The notes beneath the pieces are model-generated. The model saw nothing but the letters and a program-made list of their open reading frames with translations, was not told the origin of the DNA and did not search any database. From the NCBI GenBank assembly GCA_963696295.1, contig CAVOJR010000001.1, positions 1,920,001 to 1,984,000 of the forward strand: 64,000 nucleotides of DNA. Reading direction: 5' to 3'. Positions 7,777-18,045 of the stretch are shown piece by piece. The stretch's first letter is position 1, and every line of letters begins with the position of its first letter. This DNA is from an uncultured Chlamydiae bacterium (GTDB lineage Bacteria > Chlamydiota > Chlamydiia > Chlamydiales > JAJFMB01). A program made the position numbers and the translations under genes.

Positions 7777-10700
7777 ATGATTAATAAATTGGATCATGTT
7801 TTAAGTTGTATTGATAATAGCAGCGGTTTTATCCAGAAAGCGGCTGTTTATATCAATCGCTTCTATTACCTCCTCTGCGACGGCGCCTGGCATAACAACA
7901 AATCCGCCAGAAGAATTGTCAAATATTATCTTTACGAGGCGGCGATTGGGGAAAAGCAGCCGGTTGATGGCAAAATCAGGGAAATATTTAAGAAGTTGGC
8001 GATTAAGGATTTGAATATTGATCTGATCAGCCGGGAGTTGGGAGGAGAAGGGTTTAAGCGGGTCGGGAAGAGCGCTCCGACGACCCGGATGCTGTTTCAT
8101 ATCCATGCCGATGAATTTGGCAAGGGGAGCCGGCTGGAAGGGATGGACAGCGCATCCGCTTTGGCCTATTTGGAGGCATTTTTAAAAAAGAAGGGTCTTT
8201 ATGGCGCGGGTGAGGATTTATTAAGGGAAATTCACGAGGGGCGTTTTAGCGGAAAAGGGGAGGTTGCAGAGGCCTTTAAAACGATGAAGCCGATGCTGAT
8301 GATAGGGGGATGGGCCGGAAAGCCCGCCGGCCATGCCATGTACTATGAAGTGATCCCAACTTCCGATTCCCTGGCCACGGTGCGCTTCTATAATCTCGGC
8401 GCCGGCTCGGGGGAGCATAACGAGGGCCTTGATGGAGACAAAGTAAAGGCGGCTTGCTACGTCGAGTTGACCGGGGTCAAAAAAGGGACTCTTTTAGACG
8501 AAAATACCCATAAGATTCTCTCCGAGCTTAGGACGGAAGATGAGAAAGGAAGCAGAAAATACAGCGAAGAGGATATTTATCAGGGCCTGATTAATCTGCT
8601 TGAGCCCCAATCGGTTGAGGGAGGGCCGGCCACAACCGAAGAGCTTAAGACCAGGCAGCGCTCCGGGGTCTGCGCCTGGCGCTCGCTGATGGCTTTTATG
8701 TTCGCAAAGCTCGGGAAGGAACAGTATAAGCGCTTCATTTGCGATATCAAAATGCAAAGCCTGGCCGATTCTGTCTCGGCTATGGGAACGCCTTCAAAAG
8801 TGGAATGGCGCCTCCTGCACAAATCCCACCGCAAGCTGTGCCGCAGGATAGAGAAGGCCTTTTCCGAGAAGGTCATTGGGGAAAAATACTACATCCGGGT
8901 TAATGACAAGCTTAAAAAAATCGGGGCTGAGATCGCCCAAAAAAGAGATGCCGCGCTGCAGCCACGCAAGACCTGGGAAGAGTTCGGGTTGGAAGTCCTG
9001 CACTCGGTTTCTGACTTTTATGACAAGATATCCCTTTCCTTTAGCAGTCAAAATGAAAAGGTTCTTCACAAAAAGGGGAAAGGGGTGGACGCGGGGGGGG
9101 CTCAGCCCTTTAGTCATATTACGGAGGAGTTGAAGCGGTTTGAATTTAAGGGGGATTTGGGACCGGTTTTAGCCGTTTGCCAAAAAGCGATGAAAAATGG
9201 GGAGTATCATGCCCTGCATGTCGGGCTAGTGCACTTCTTTGGGAAGCTTTCGATCGACTTTCAATCTATGAATGGGGAACAGGCGGAAAAGCTGCTCCTG
9301 TCTTTGAATCAAATTGCCAAGGTGTTTTTCGAGACCTGCTATCGGGTTCCTGAAGCGGAGCTTGTGCATCCCGACAAGCTCTTCACTCTTTTTAAAATGC
9401 ACTATTTTCAACTAAAGCTCGCTAAAGTTTTCAAACCGGCGCACACTTTTTCCGCTCCCTATTGCCCAAAGGAACAACAGAGCATTTTTTACCGCTATCT
9501 GAATGCGGCGCAGCAGAAAGAATGGGACCTGATGGCTCAAGAATTGAATTGGAACTCTGTTAGCGAGAGCCATCCTTTAGCCGTTAAACTGTCAGCCCTT
9601 TTTCCTGAATGGGTTTCCAATAAGCTGTCAGCCCTTCTTCCTGAATGGGTTTCTTCCAATGTGTCAAAATTAACTCCGGAACAGATCGACGCCTCTATAT
9701 ACGTCAGGAACGATCTCCCCGGCTGGTTTAGCGGGATGCGGGACACCGGGATTTATTTTTTGACGCTCATGTCATCGCATCAATCTAATCTTAAGGGCAA
9801 TATTTCTGTAGAATTCCAAGTTGAAATGGCTGATTCTAAGGCAGATATTAAATTTGGGATTGAGGCTTTAGACATAAAAGTCGCCCCGTTTTGGTATATT
9901 AATGCCCGAGATGCCAAGCCTCTCTATCGGGAGACTTGTGTCGGGATGAAATTTAGTGAAGGGCTGAAGGCTTGTTTTGAAAGAATCCTCGGCAAGAAGG
10001 AAAAAGAGCTCCTCACCTCTGATATCAAAGTGGAGCTGCCCGGCAAAAGTTACATGCCGAAAGAATCGCTGGATGAATTTGCCAGGATTTTTTTGAGCGA
10101 CAGCACAAAAATTGCCGAGGCCTTTATCTATTTTTTCAAGAATCCTGAAAAATTACTCGACCTTGACATGCAGGTTTATTTCCAGCTCGTCTTCAAACCG
10201 GCTCTTTTATACCGGGAATTGGAGATCAAGGGGTTTGCTGATAAGTTAGAGCGCTTTCTCAACACACAGATCGAGGCGTTTCTCTTAAGAGATCTGATCC
10301 AGCCGGCGGTTTTCCTGTTGCGCATGTGCCGCCTCTTTTCAGAATCGTCGCCAAGCCCTGCGCACTTTAAAGGGTCGTACGAGAAGCTGAAAGCGATTTT
10401 AAAGAGGAAGCTGACTCCTGAGGAAAAAAGTTTTGTCTATGCCGAGATCGTCGCTCATCTGGGGAAGCGGGAAAAGCTTTCTGAATCTGAGATAATGGAT
10501 CTTTTAGCCGGTTCGACTTATCTGGGACAAGTGCCTGTCCTGAAGAAATGGCGCTGCCCGCAGATGGAAAAAGAGGCGCGCGACGCCATTCCTTTCCATG
10601 CTGACGCCCTTTTAGAGGCTTTAGTTAAACAGGGCAAAACAAATGACGCCCTTTTGAATGCCTTCACCGAGGCCTTAGGCTATGGGGGCGGGCGGAAGTG

Positions 10701-13700
10701 GCAGGTAGTGCAAAAGAAGGGGGAATTTCCCAGCTTTAAGACGGATGGGTTCACTTATTACCCCTTAAATGGCCAGCTGATTACGAAGGAACCGCACGCT
10801 CTCCCATTAGATATAAGGTCGAACAGTGATTTTGCCCGGCTGTTTCCTGGCCTGGAAAAAGGGGTGTTGAGGGAGGAGAACATTTGGGCGTGCGAGTATA
10901 AAGGGAGGGAAATTTTAGTCCATCTAGACCCGTGGCAAAATATGACCATCGAGCAAAAACTAGAAGATGGGTGGTATCGCTTTGAACCGCAGAAAAACCT
11001 TAACGGCAAATTTTTGGGCAGCGCCTACCTGACCCTCTATTACACCCATTGGCGAAAAGTTGGCGACTCCAGGCTGTTAATCTGCGATCCTGTCACCGAC
11101 GAGCCCGTTTACTTAGCGAAAATGTTTGGCTGCCTGGTGAGAAAAGTGGAAAAAATTGGCAAAAGCGCCGCTTTAAAAACCCCATCAAGCCCGTTGACGC
11201 GCATTGAGGATCCCCTCTTCATTCATGAGTGGTCGGATAACCGGATGGAATTGCCCCGTTTCGGCTTGACGTTTACCGGTAAAAGCTCGGATCAGATTAA
11301 GGGCTTTTCTTTGAGCTCCAACCAGTTTCTCCCTTTCTTGGGACCCTACAAGCATTATTTGCTCCTCGATAATGGCAAAGGAGAGCAAAAGGTTCTGCTC
11401 CCCAGGCAATATTTTAAAGCCCCTCAAGAAAATGAAGTGTTGGAACCCCGCTTTGAAATTGACAGGCATCTCGAGGATCAGAAACAGCCCTTCGTCGTTT
11501 TCGACGTGAAAGAGGGGGCGCTGTTCAGCCCATCGAAAGCGGATAATCTCTATCTTGGATTCCTCCTGGCGGCTCTGCAGGAGTATGAGAGCGCCTTCCA
11601 CTACTTAAAAAGATATGGGGAGAGCGTTCTCCCTTACTCAAAAGAAGAGGAAGAGGCTTTAAGGGCCATTCTCGATCTCGAGAAGGTGACTGGGGATCGG
11701 GAGGGCAACGCCTATGCCTTGCGCCTGTTCGCCGGCGATTTGCTCTTTAGAAATCAGGGGGAGCTGCCGAAGGGTATGGAGGTGCAATTTGAGGGTTACT
11801 TGACCCATAAGGCTCAAGCGACAGTGTGGCGGCTTGGCAAAGAGGAGCTGGAACGGTTTAGGAAGTGGATGCCTTTGCCAAAGAAGACGCAAGTAAGAGA
11901 ATTCTCGCTCCATGAGAGGGAGAGAGATTTAGGTCTCACCAGATCGATATTTTTATTAACTTCTTCTGAAGCAGAAAAAAAGTTTCCAAACTATTTACTG
12001 ACGCGCATGGGGCTACGTGCTAAATTTACTACCTTTTACCACTTTGCCAAAAACGGGACGAAAGAGGAAAAAGAAACCCTCAAAGCGGCTTGCAAATTTA
12101 TAGGCCAGGATGACGATTACGCTGCCGTACTTCTCCTGGTGCTTGAGAAGCCGGAAGAATTCCCGGATACACCTCCTAAAAATGAAAAAGAAAGGAGATT
12201 GTGGGAGGATGAGGTGCAGAATGCTGCTAAAAAACTCATTCAGCTGCTGCCCGACTATACAGTAAAAAATAAACCGATCCCTCCGAAAATAACTCCTGAG
12301 GCCCCTGAACTCGTAGTTCCAAAGATGACTCTCAACTATAAGCTGACTCCCATTCCTCCTTATGAGGGGGATTGGTTTGAGATGAAGCCGCGGGAGGATC
12401 ACAGCGGTCAGGAGCTTGTGGAATGGTTAGGGCAAGAGACGAACCCCGAACCCCTTTATCAAAATGAGATTGAGAGGTTAAAAAAGGATCTCGCTTTCAA
12501 AGAACCCGGCCTGCAATACACCTTAAAAGCAGGCGCCGAAAAGCTCATTCAGGCTTTAAAACCAAGAGAGAGGGGGGAAAGCCGGGAGGGGATCTTGGGT
12601 CTCGCGAACCGCCTGCCTAAAGACGAGGTGGAAAAAGGGCGAAGAGAGCTGCAGACTCAAGGGAAAACTTACGACCCGGTCACATTCGATGAACTGCTCC
12701 TTTTTTTCGCCAAAAGCGACGCTGCCGCCCTCTACAAGCGCAATCCTGTGCTGGATGAAAAAGAGATCAACGCAATTTTCCAGAAGATCGGCACCTATCT
12801 CCTGGAGGCTACGCATGAGCAACAGCGTCTAAGAGCCCTTAAAGACCCCTATAAAATGGTGGAAATGCGGCGGTACGACCCAAATAAACATCCGGCCTAT
12901 CTGGTGTTTGAACACTATGCCGATATTTTACTGCGCGAAAATCAGGTGGAAAATCTCAAGATGTTTTTAGAGGGGAAAGACCCAAACCCGATCCTTGAGA
13001 TGATCATGGCCTCGGGCAAGTCGAAAGTGCTTTTGCCTCTTCTGACACTTTTACGCGCCGACGGGGATACGGTGGCCATGTGCATCGTGCCAAAAGCGCT
13101 CTTTGAGAGCATCGGCAAAGACACGCAGGAGATTTTACAGGGAGCGTTCTTGAAGTCGCTGAAAAAACTGCAAATCGACCGGCATAATGAGCTGACGCTG
13201 CCCCGTCTGACCCTTATTTACGACGATCTGAAAGAGGTGCAGAAAAAGGGCTTTGGTCTGATCATGACCAATAAAAGCATGCAGTGCCTGATTTTGAAAT
13301 ATATCGAAATGAGGAAAAAAGGAGCGAAAGAGGAGATAAAGCTTTTAGAGGAAATTTTCCGGCTGCTCGCCATTAAAGGTTTTCCGGTCATCGATGAAGT
13401 GGATACGGTGACGAATGTGATGCACGAGGTGTGCTTTAGCCTAGGGGAGAGAAAAAATCCCAACCCCGATGAGATCGGGATCATAGCCGCCCTCTATGCG
13501 GTGATCGGCTCGAAGATGACAGCTTCCACCGAAGAGCAGTATCACAAAGAGCAAAAGATAGGGATCGCAAGGGGATTTTTGGAGCAGATGAAGGGGATCG
13601 AGTTCGATTCCAATGAAAAGACGGCGCGCGTGCAAAAGTACTTTAAGGAGCTGAATAATCCCGACGCTCTCCGCTACCTTTGCCACGATCAGGCGGGGCA

Positions 13701-15945
13701 AAAGTTTTTTGATGCCCAAAACGAAGAGATCCAGGATATTTTGGCCTTGGGCGCTGAAGTCATCTCCAAGTATCTGCCCCACACGCTGACCCAAAATTAT
13801 AATGAGCGCTATGGGATTGACGATGAAAATCCCGTTCCGGCCGCCATCCCCTTTGCCGCCGCAAACACCCCCAATCACGGCTCCGAGTTCGCCAATCCCT
13901 TTATCACGATGTGCTACACCTTCCAGTCGTATCTCATTGAAGGGATCTCCTGCGAAGTGATCCGAAGAGAGCTCAACGGGATGCAGTCGCAGGTATTAAA
14001 GGCTATGGAGGGGGGATCACGGTTTGAAGATATTCCGGCGCTGAACCTGTTTTTACATTTGAAAGGGGAGCTCGATATGCCTCTTTTCAAATATAGCGAC
14101 GATCAGTTAAGCGCCCTGCAGAAACAGATTAACAGCTCTCTTGCAAAAAAACTCTTCTTTATCTCTAAAACGATCCTGCCGAATATGGTGCTCTTCACCC
14201 ATAAGCTCAGCTGCAACCCTTTCCATCTCCTGGCTTTCTTCTCCAGGCTGCTCGCTTTTACCGGCACCCTTTGGAACAGCAAGAGCATGCACCGCAAAAC
14301 TACCCCGAAGCCGGAACTTGGGACCGATGCGAAAACGCTCAAACTCTTATGGCAGCATAGCTTTAAAGAAGTCACCGTGATCAAGAGCGGCTCTCCTGAG
14401 GAGATGCTGGCGAGGCTGCCTGCCTGCGATCTGATCAGCGATGCCGGAGGGTATTTTAAGGAGGGGGGCAACGCGAAAATTGCGAAAGCCATGGCGAGCA
14501 AAGAGCATCCGGTAGTCTTCTACAACAGCCGTAATGAGCAAATGGAGACGGATGGAGAAAATGTGCAATTGCTTTCCGAATCGGCGACGGCAAAAGAAAA
14601 GCGCAAGGGCTTCCTCGACCAGAGCCATACCACAGGCGCAGATGTGAAGCTGAAAGAGGACGCGGTCGGCGTTGTGACCATCGGGCGCAAAATGCTCCTG
14701 CGCGATCTTCTGCAAAGCGCCTGGCGCCTGCGCGGACTGGATCAGAAGCAAAGAGTGAAATTTGTGATTAGCGAAGAGGTTGAGAAGATAATGCGGCAAG
14801 TGTTGAAGAAGCCCGATGGTCCCCTCTATTTTGATGCGATTTTCCGCTTCTGTCTGATCAACCAGGTGAGGCAGCAGGGGCGGGACAATTTCAAAGCCCT
14901 GATTCAGGAGATGAAGAGTATCGCAGAAATGCTTCTGTTCCAGGTGGCGCTCGACCCCGGCTTCTCAGAAGAGGAAAAAGATCGGACCTTCGCCCGGCTG
15001 GAAAAAGAGTGGATTCTCGAGCTCAATCAGCCGCCGCGCAAACTTTATGGGCAGATATTAACGGAAGAAGAAAGCCCTGAAGTGATCAAAGATGAGAGTC
15101 GAAAGGCCCTCTTAAAACTGGAAGCGATCTTTAGAGATCTGCCCTTCCTGGAAAGAAAGATATCAAAGCAGGGCGCCTTGGAGCAGGTGGGGCAGATTGC
15201 GGAGCGCTTAAAGGGGTGTCTGATGTCCAAAGTTCCGGTCCCCATCCGCGATTTAGATGATGATCAGACCATTGAAATTGAACAAAACACCGAAAAAGAG
15301 GCGGAACTGGAGGAGCAGCAGGATCATTCCAGACCTTATGCGAAACTTGAGACAAAGACCCACAGCAAGATGCAGGAGGTTAAATCTCTAAGGGAATTAG
15401 ATTATGCGATCGATGGCGTCATTCCCTATATCTCCTTAGAGAATTATTTGTTGTCAAGCAGAGGGCTCGGCCTTGCAAAGGCCTTTGAGGGGATCTATCT
15501 GACGGAAAATGTGTTCCAAAGAGAGCGCAACAATTTGTTTTACCCCGTCCAGCTTTCTGGGCCCTATCGCACGCCGCTCTACTTTGCCAAAGTGGAAAAT
15601 GACGGCAAGGTGATCCTCTTAAGCCAGCAAGATGTGATCGATATGCGGGAAAAGTATAAGGATAAATCGTATGAGAATCTCTACCACATCGCCCATGGCT
15701 TTTATGATGACCGGCCCGTTTCCAGAGAGCTGCAGAAAAAGATCGTCAAAATCAAATTCCTGAACGGCGACTCGGCCTACACGAAAGAGGAGCTCAAGCT
15801 GTTAGGGGAGTGGATCAGGCCGCTTGGGGCAGCCCGGATGCAGGATCTCTTTGAGAAGGAGATCCTCGCCGGCTTTCCTGTGAAGATGTCCACTTATGGG
15901 CGGAGCGATCTTCGCAAGCTCTTTAGGGAGTGTCAAAAGATTTAA
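7777..15945 (+). CDS. Giant DUF3638-type SF2 ATPase protein with putative N-terminal cysteine protease domain
   Basis: 2722 aa; MIMASGKS, IDEVD, FTGT, DQSHTTGADV, QSAWRLRG; N-terminal GHAM..FYNLG..QRSGVC. Confidence 0.8.
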   Translation: MINKLDHVLSCIDNSSGFIQKAAVYINRFYYLLCDGAWHNNKSARRIVKYYLYEAAIGEKQPVDGKIREIFKKLAIKDLNIDLISRELGGEGFKRVGKSAPTTRMLFHIHADEFGKGSRLEGMDSASALAYLEAFLKKKGLYGAGEDLLREIHEGRFSGKGEVAEAFKTMKPMLMIGGWAGKPAGHAMYYEVIPTSDSLATVRFYNLGAGSGEHNEGLDGDKVKAACYVELTGVKKGTLLDENTHKILSELRTEDEKGSRKYSEEDIYQGLINLLEPQSVEGGPATTEELKTRQRSGVCAWRSLMAFMFAKLGKEQYKRFICDIKMQSLADSVSAMGTPSKVEWRLLHKSHRKLCRRIEKAFSEKVIGEKYYIRVNDKLKKIGAEIAQKRDAALQPRKTWEEFGLEVLHSVSDFYDKISLSFSSQNEKVLHKKGKGVDAGGAQPFSHITEELKRFEFKGDLGPVLAVCQKAMKNGEYHALHVGLVHFFGKLSIDFQSMNGEQAEKLLLSLNQIAKVFFETCYRVPEAELVHPDKLFTLFKMHYFQLKLAKVFKPAHTFSAPYCPKEQQSIFYRYLNAAQQKEWDLMAQELNWNSVSESHPLAVKLSALFPEWVSNKLSALLPEWVSSNVSKLTPEQIDASIYVRNDLPGWFSGMRDTGIYFLTLMSSHQSNLKGNISVEFQVEMADSKADIKFGIEALDIKVAPFWYINARDAKPLYRETCVGMKFSEGLKACFERILGKKEKELLTSDIKVELPGKSYMPKESLDEFARIFLSDSTKIAEAFIYFFKNPEKLLDLDMQVYFQLVFKPALLYRELEIKGFADKLERFLNTQIEAFLLRDLIQPAVFLLRMCRLFSESSPSPAHFKGSYEKLKAILKRKLTPEEKSFVYAEIVAHLGKREKLSESEIMDLLAGSTYLGQVPVLKKWRCPQMEKEARDAIPFHADALLEALVKQGKTNDALLNAFTEALGYGGGRKWQVVQKKGEFPSFKTDGFTYYPLNGQLITKEPHALPLDIRSNSDFARLFPGLEKGVLREENIWACEYKGREILVHLDPWQNMTIEQKLEDGWYRFEPQKNLNGKFLGSAYLTLYYTHWRKVGDSRLLICDPVTDEPVYLAKMFGCLVRKVEKIGKSAALKTPSSPLTRIEDPLFIHEWSDNRMELPRFGLTFTGKSSDQIKGFSLSSNQFLPFLGPYKHYLLLDNGKGEQKVLLPRQYFKAPQENEVLEPRFEIDRHLEDQKQPFVVFDVKEGALFSPSKADNLYLGFLLAALQEYESAFHYLKRYGESVLPYSKEEEEALRAILDLEKVTGDREGNAYALRLFAGDLLFRNQGELPKGMEVQFEGYLTHKAQATVWRLGKEELERFRKWMPLPKKTQVREFSLHERERDLGLTRSIFLLTSSEAEKKFPNYLLTRMGLRAKFTTFYHFAKNGTKEEKETLKAACKFIGQDDDYAAVLLLVLEKPEEFPDTPPKNEKERRLWEDEVQNAAKKLIQLLPDYTVKNKPIPPKITPEAPELVVPKMTLNYKLTPIPPYEGDWFEMKPREDHSGQELVEWLGQETNPEPLYQNEIERLKKDLAFKEPGLQYTLKAGAEKLIQALKPRERGESREGILGLANRLPKDEVEKGRRELQTQGKTYDPVTFDELLLFFAKSDAAALYKRNPVLDEKEINAIFQKIGTYLLEATHEQQRLRALKDPYKMVEMRRYDPNKHPAYLVFEHYADILLRENQVENLKMFLEGKDPNPILEMIMASGKSKVLLPLLTLLRADGDTVAMCIVPKALFESIGKDTQEILQGAFLKSLKKLQIDRHNELTLPRLTLIYDDLKEVQKKGFGLIMTNKSMQCLILKYIEMRKKGAKEEIKLLEEIFRLLAIKGFPVIDEVDTVTNVMHEVCFSLGERKNPNPDEIGIIAALYAVIGSKMTASTEEQYHKEQKIGIARGFLEQMKGIEFDSNEKTARVQKYFKELNNPDALRYLCHDQAGQKFFDAQNEEIQDILALGAEVISKYLPHTLTQNYNERYGIDDENPVPAAIPFAAANTPNHGSEFANPFITMCYTFQSYLIEGISCEVIRRELNGMQSQVLKAMEGGSRFEDIPALNLFLHLKGELDMPLFKYSDDQLSALQKQINSSLAKKLFFISKTILPNMVLFTHKLSCNPFHLLAFFSRLLAFTGTLWNSKSMHRKTTPKPELGTDAKTLKLLWQHSFKEVTVIKSGSPEEMLARLPACDLISDAGGYFKEGGNAKIAKAMASKEHPVVFYNSRNEQMETDGENVQLLSESATAKEKRKGFLDQSHTTGADVKLKEDAVGVVTIGRKMLLRDLLQSAWRLRGLDQKQRVKFVISEEVEKIMRQVLKKPDGPLYFDAIFRFCLINQVRQQGRDNFKALIQEMKSIAEMLLFQVALDPGFSEEEKDRTFARLEKEWILELNQPPRKLYGQILTEEESPEVIKDESRKALLKLEAIFRDLPFLERKISKQGALEQVGQIAERLKGCLMSKVPVPIRDLDDDQTIEIEQNTEKEAELEEQQDHSRPYAKLETKTHSKMQEVKSLRELDYAIDGVIPYISLENYLLSSRGLGLAKAFEGIYLTENVFQRERNNLFYPVQLSGPYRTPLYFAKVENDGKVILLSQQDVIDMREKYKDKSYENLYHIAHGFYDDRPVSRELQKKIVKIKFLNGDSAYTKEELKLLGEWIRPLGAARMQDLFEKEILAGFPVKMSTYGRSDLRKLFRECQKI
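9585..9653 (+). repeat. In-frame 36-bp tandem duplication (KLSALxPEWVS x2)
   Basis: Seen in both DNA and protein. Confidence 0.85.
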
Positions 15946-15991
15946 AGGCCGTCAACAATAAACTTTTTCCAAGACTGCAGCTGACATCTGT

Positions 15992-17428
15992 TTAATCGGG
16001 CTTCGCTTTTAGGAGCTGTGAAAAATCGATGATATGGGTAAAGAATGAACTTTTGCGCACCGCGTCAGTCACTCCATTGACATGGATCAATACCGGCCTT
16101 AAGGAAAAAGGGGTATTTGGCAGCTTCAAGCACGCTAATTTTCTCTGAACTTCGCTGATAACTTCTGCACCAACCGGTTTTTTTGAATACTTTATTTCAC
16201 AAACATAAAGGCAATTGTACTTGAGCTGTAGCAGGTAATCTATTTGGCAGCCTGCGTCTTTAACTGTCTGCTTTTGAAAGTAGGGCCCGTCAAAAATGAT
16301 TTCATCATAGGGAATATCGAGCAGGGAATATAAAGATTTAAAATTGCCAATCACAAGATTTTCAAACTGTAAACCCATAATGGCGTCCCAGGAAGGCATC
16401 TTTTTCAAAACCCCTTTTTCAATAGCATCGGCATTCGGCTCTATATATTTCAGGTAAAAACGAATATAATTATCTTTTAATCTATAGCGGCATAATTTTG
16501 ATTGCTTGCCATTTACCAAACTCCAGGCGTGAAAGCGCTGGATGTATTGAGTCTCCTCAAGATCTTTAAGGTATTTGCTTACGAGCCCCCCTTTCTCCAT
16601 CTTCATGGCATCGCAAATTTGCTGGAAATCGGCGTACCCATCTGCGAGGCGCATCACAACATTCTTATATTGGTTGGCGCGTCTTGAAAAAAGGTCTGTA
16701 AATATCCGGTCAAACTCTTGAAAAAGCAACCCTTCACGGCGAAAACAAAGCCTTTGAATATTCTCCTCCGCTCTAAGCTTGGGGTTAATCTCTTCAAGAT
16801 AACGGGGTACCCCGCCAGTTATTGAGAGAATTTTGAATTTTTCATAGGCCGATACCAGCCCCTCATTTGGCTGCCAGAAATGGCTGCATTCACACAAAGG
16901 CAACTCTTCCAGGGTCAATACAAGGGAAACCCGACCCAAAAAGCCCGTACTGCTCAAAATATTTTCTTCAATCCATCCCGACATTGAGCCGCATAGAATC
17001 AGGATCAAATTGGGGTTTTTTTTTAGAAACTGATCCCATACGGTTTTCAATTTTCCAAGAAAGGTAGGATCTTTAGAGCCCATCCAGTTAATTTCATCAA
17101 GGAAAATGACCACTCTTCCCTTTTTAGCAATTTCCGCCAAATGCCAAAAAAGATCATCCCAATCATCTGCTTTTAAACCCCTCACACCGCTGGCCATTTC
17201 CAAACTTTTAGCAAAATGGGTTCGCTGACTTTGCGCCGTAACTCCATCATGATCAGGGGGTAATCCTTCGATTGACAGCGTCCTGAAAGACTTGCTGAAT
17301 TCCTCTGCCAGCCGGCTTTTTCCAATGCGCCTGCGCCCTTTAATTACAATGAGGCTAGCGATTTTCATCTCCAATCGCTCTCTTAGCAGATTCAGCTCTC
17401 TTTCACGGCCATAAAATGGGGCACCCAT
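15992..17428 (-). CDS. AAA ATPase (archaeal-ATPase type) with wHTH and C-terminal PD-(D/E)xK-like domain
   Basis: FYGRERE, GRRRIGKS, FLDEINW, LCGS, GGVPRYL, QIDYL..VCEIKY. Confidence 0.85.
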   Translation of the reverse strand: MGAPFYGRERELNLLRERLEMKIASLIVIKGRRRIGKSRLAEEFSKSFRTLSIEGLPPDHDGVTAQSQRTHFAKSLEMASGVRGLKADDWDDLFWHLAEIAKKGRVVIFLDEINWMGSKDPTFLGKLKTVWDQFLKKNPNLILILCGSMSGWIEENILSSTGFLGRVSLVLTLEELPLCECSHFWQPNEGLVSAYEKFKILSITGGVPRYLEEINPKLRAEENIQRLCFRREGLLFQEFDRIFTDLFSRRANQYKNVVMRLADGYADFQQICDAMKMEKGGLVSKYLKDLEETQYIQRFHAWSLVNGKQSKLCRYRLKDNYIRFYLKYIEPNADAIEKGVLKKMPSWDAIMGLQFENLVIGNFKSLYSLLDIPYDEIIFDGPYFQKQTVKDAGCQIDYLLQLKYNCLYVCEIKYSKKPVGAEVISEVQRKLACLKLPNTPFSLRPVLIHVNGVTDAVRKSSFFTHIIDFSQLLKAKPD

Positions 17429-17463
17429 GAGAACTCCTTCTTTTACCTTATTTTAGCACAAAA

Positions 17464-17557
17464 ACTTCACCAAATCAATTAAATTGCGATTTGGTGAAGT
17501 TTTTTTATTTCATAAAAAGTTTCACTAAAATGGAAAAATTCGATTTTGGTGAAACTT
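17464..17557. promoter_or_regulatory. Two palindromes upstream of the AAA ATPase
   Basis: ACTTCACCAAATC-N11-GATTTGGTGAAGT (17464-17500) and AAGTTTCACTAAAAT-N11-ATTTTGGTGAAACTT (17517-17557). Confidence 0.7.
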
Positions 17558-17589
17558 GTCTAAATAACGGCAGTTTAGCAAAGCACATG

Positions 17590-17642
17590 GATCCTGGCCG
17601 GCTTTCCTTTGAAGATGTGGCGGAGCGATCTTCGCAAGCTCT
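17590..17642 (+). repeat. Direct copy of the 3' end of the giant gene (15861-15922)
   Basis: gatcct.gccggctttcct.tgaagatgt and ggcggagcgatcttcgcaagctct are shared; the copy has a 9-nt deletion. Confidence 0.85.
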
Positions 17643-18045
17643 GTAAGTCTATGAGCTCATACCCAACTTCAAAAGCCGAAATCCTGGTCTGCTTCAAATC
17701 TTCGCAGTCAGTACTGCCCTTTGCATAAGAGATTTTCTGGCTTGGGCTATGATGTTTTCTGGAAGGAGTTTGCCAACTATCTAAATGGAACAACTGTTCC
17801 CAGGGTTATTTCTCTTTCCATTTCGGCTAAATTAATCAAATATTTATTGTCGATTATTTCAATAACAGTTTCAGCAATTTCCGCGTCGCGGCAATCAAAT
17901 GCCCCCTTTTGCTTGGGGGTTAACACCCCTCCTGAGCTAGTTATAAGCTAAATGTAATTATCCTTTGTTAATTTATTATTAATATCAAGTGTTTATGTTA
18001 ATTGTAAATTAGCAATGATTTATAATTAAATATTAGGAGGTGGGT

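Noticed and set aside
17643..17951. Short ORFs or possible decayed gene
   Set aside because: Interrupted frames with no recognisable family
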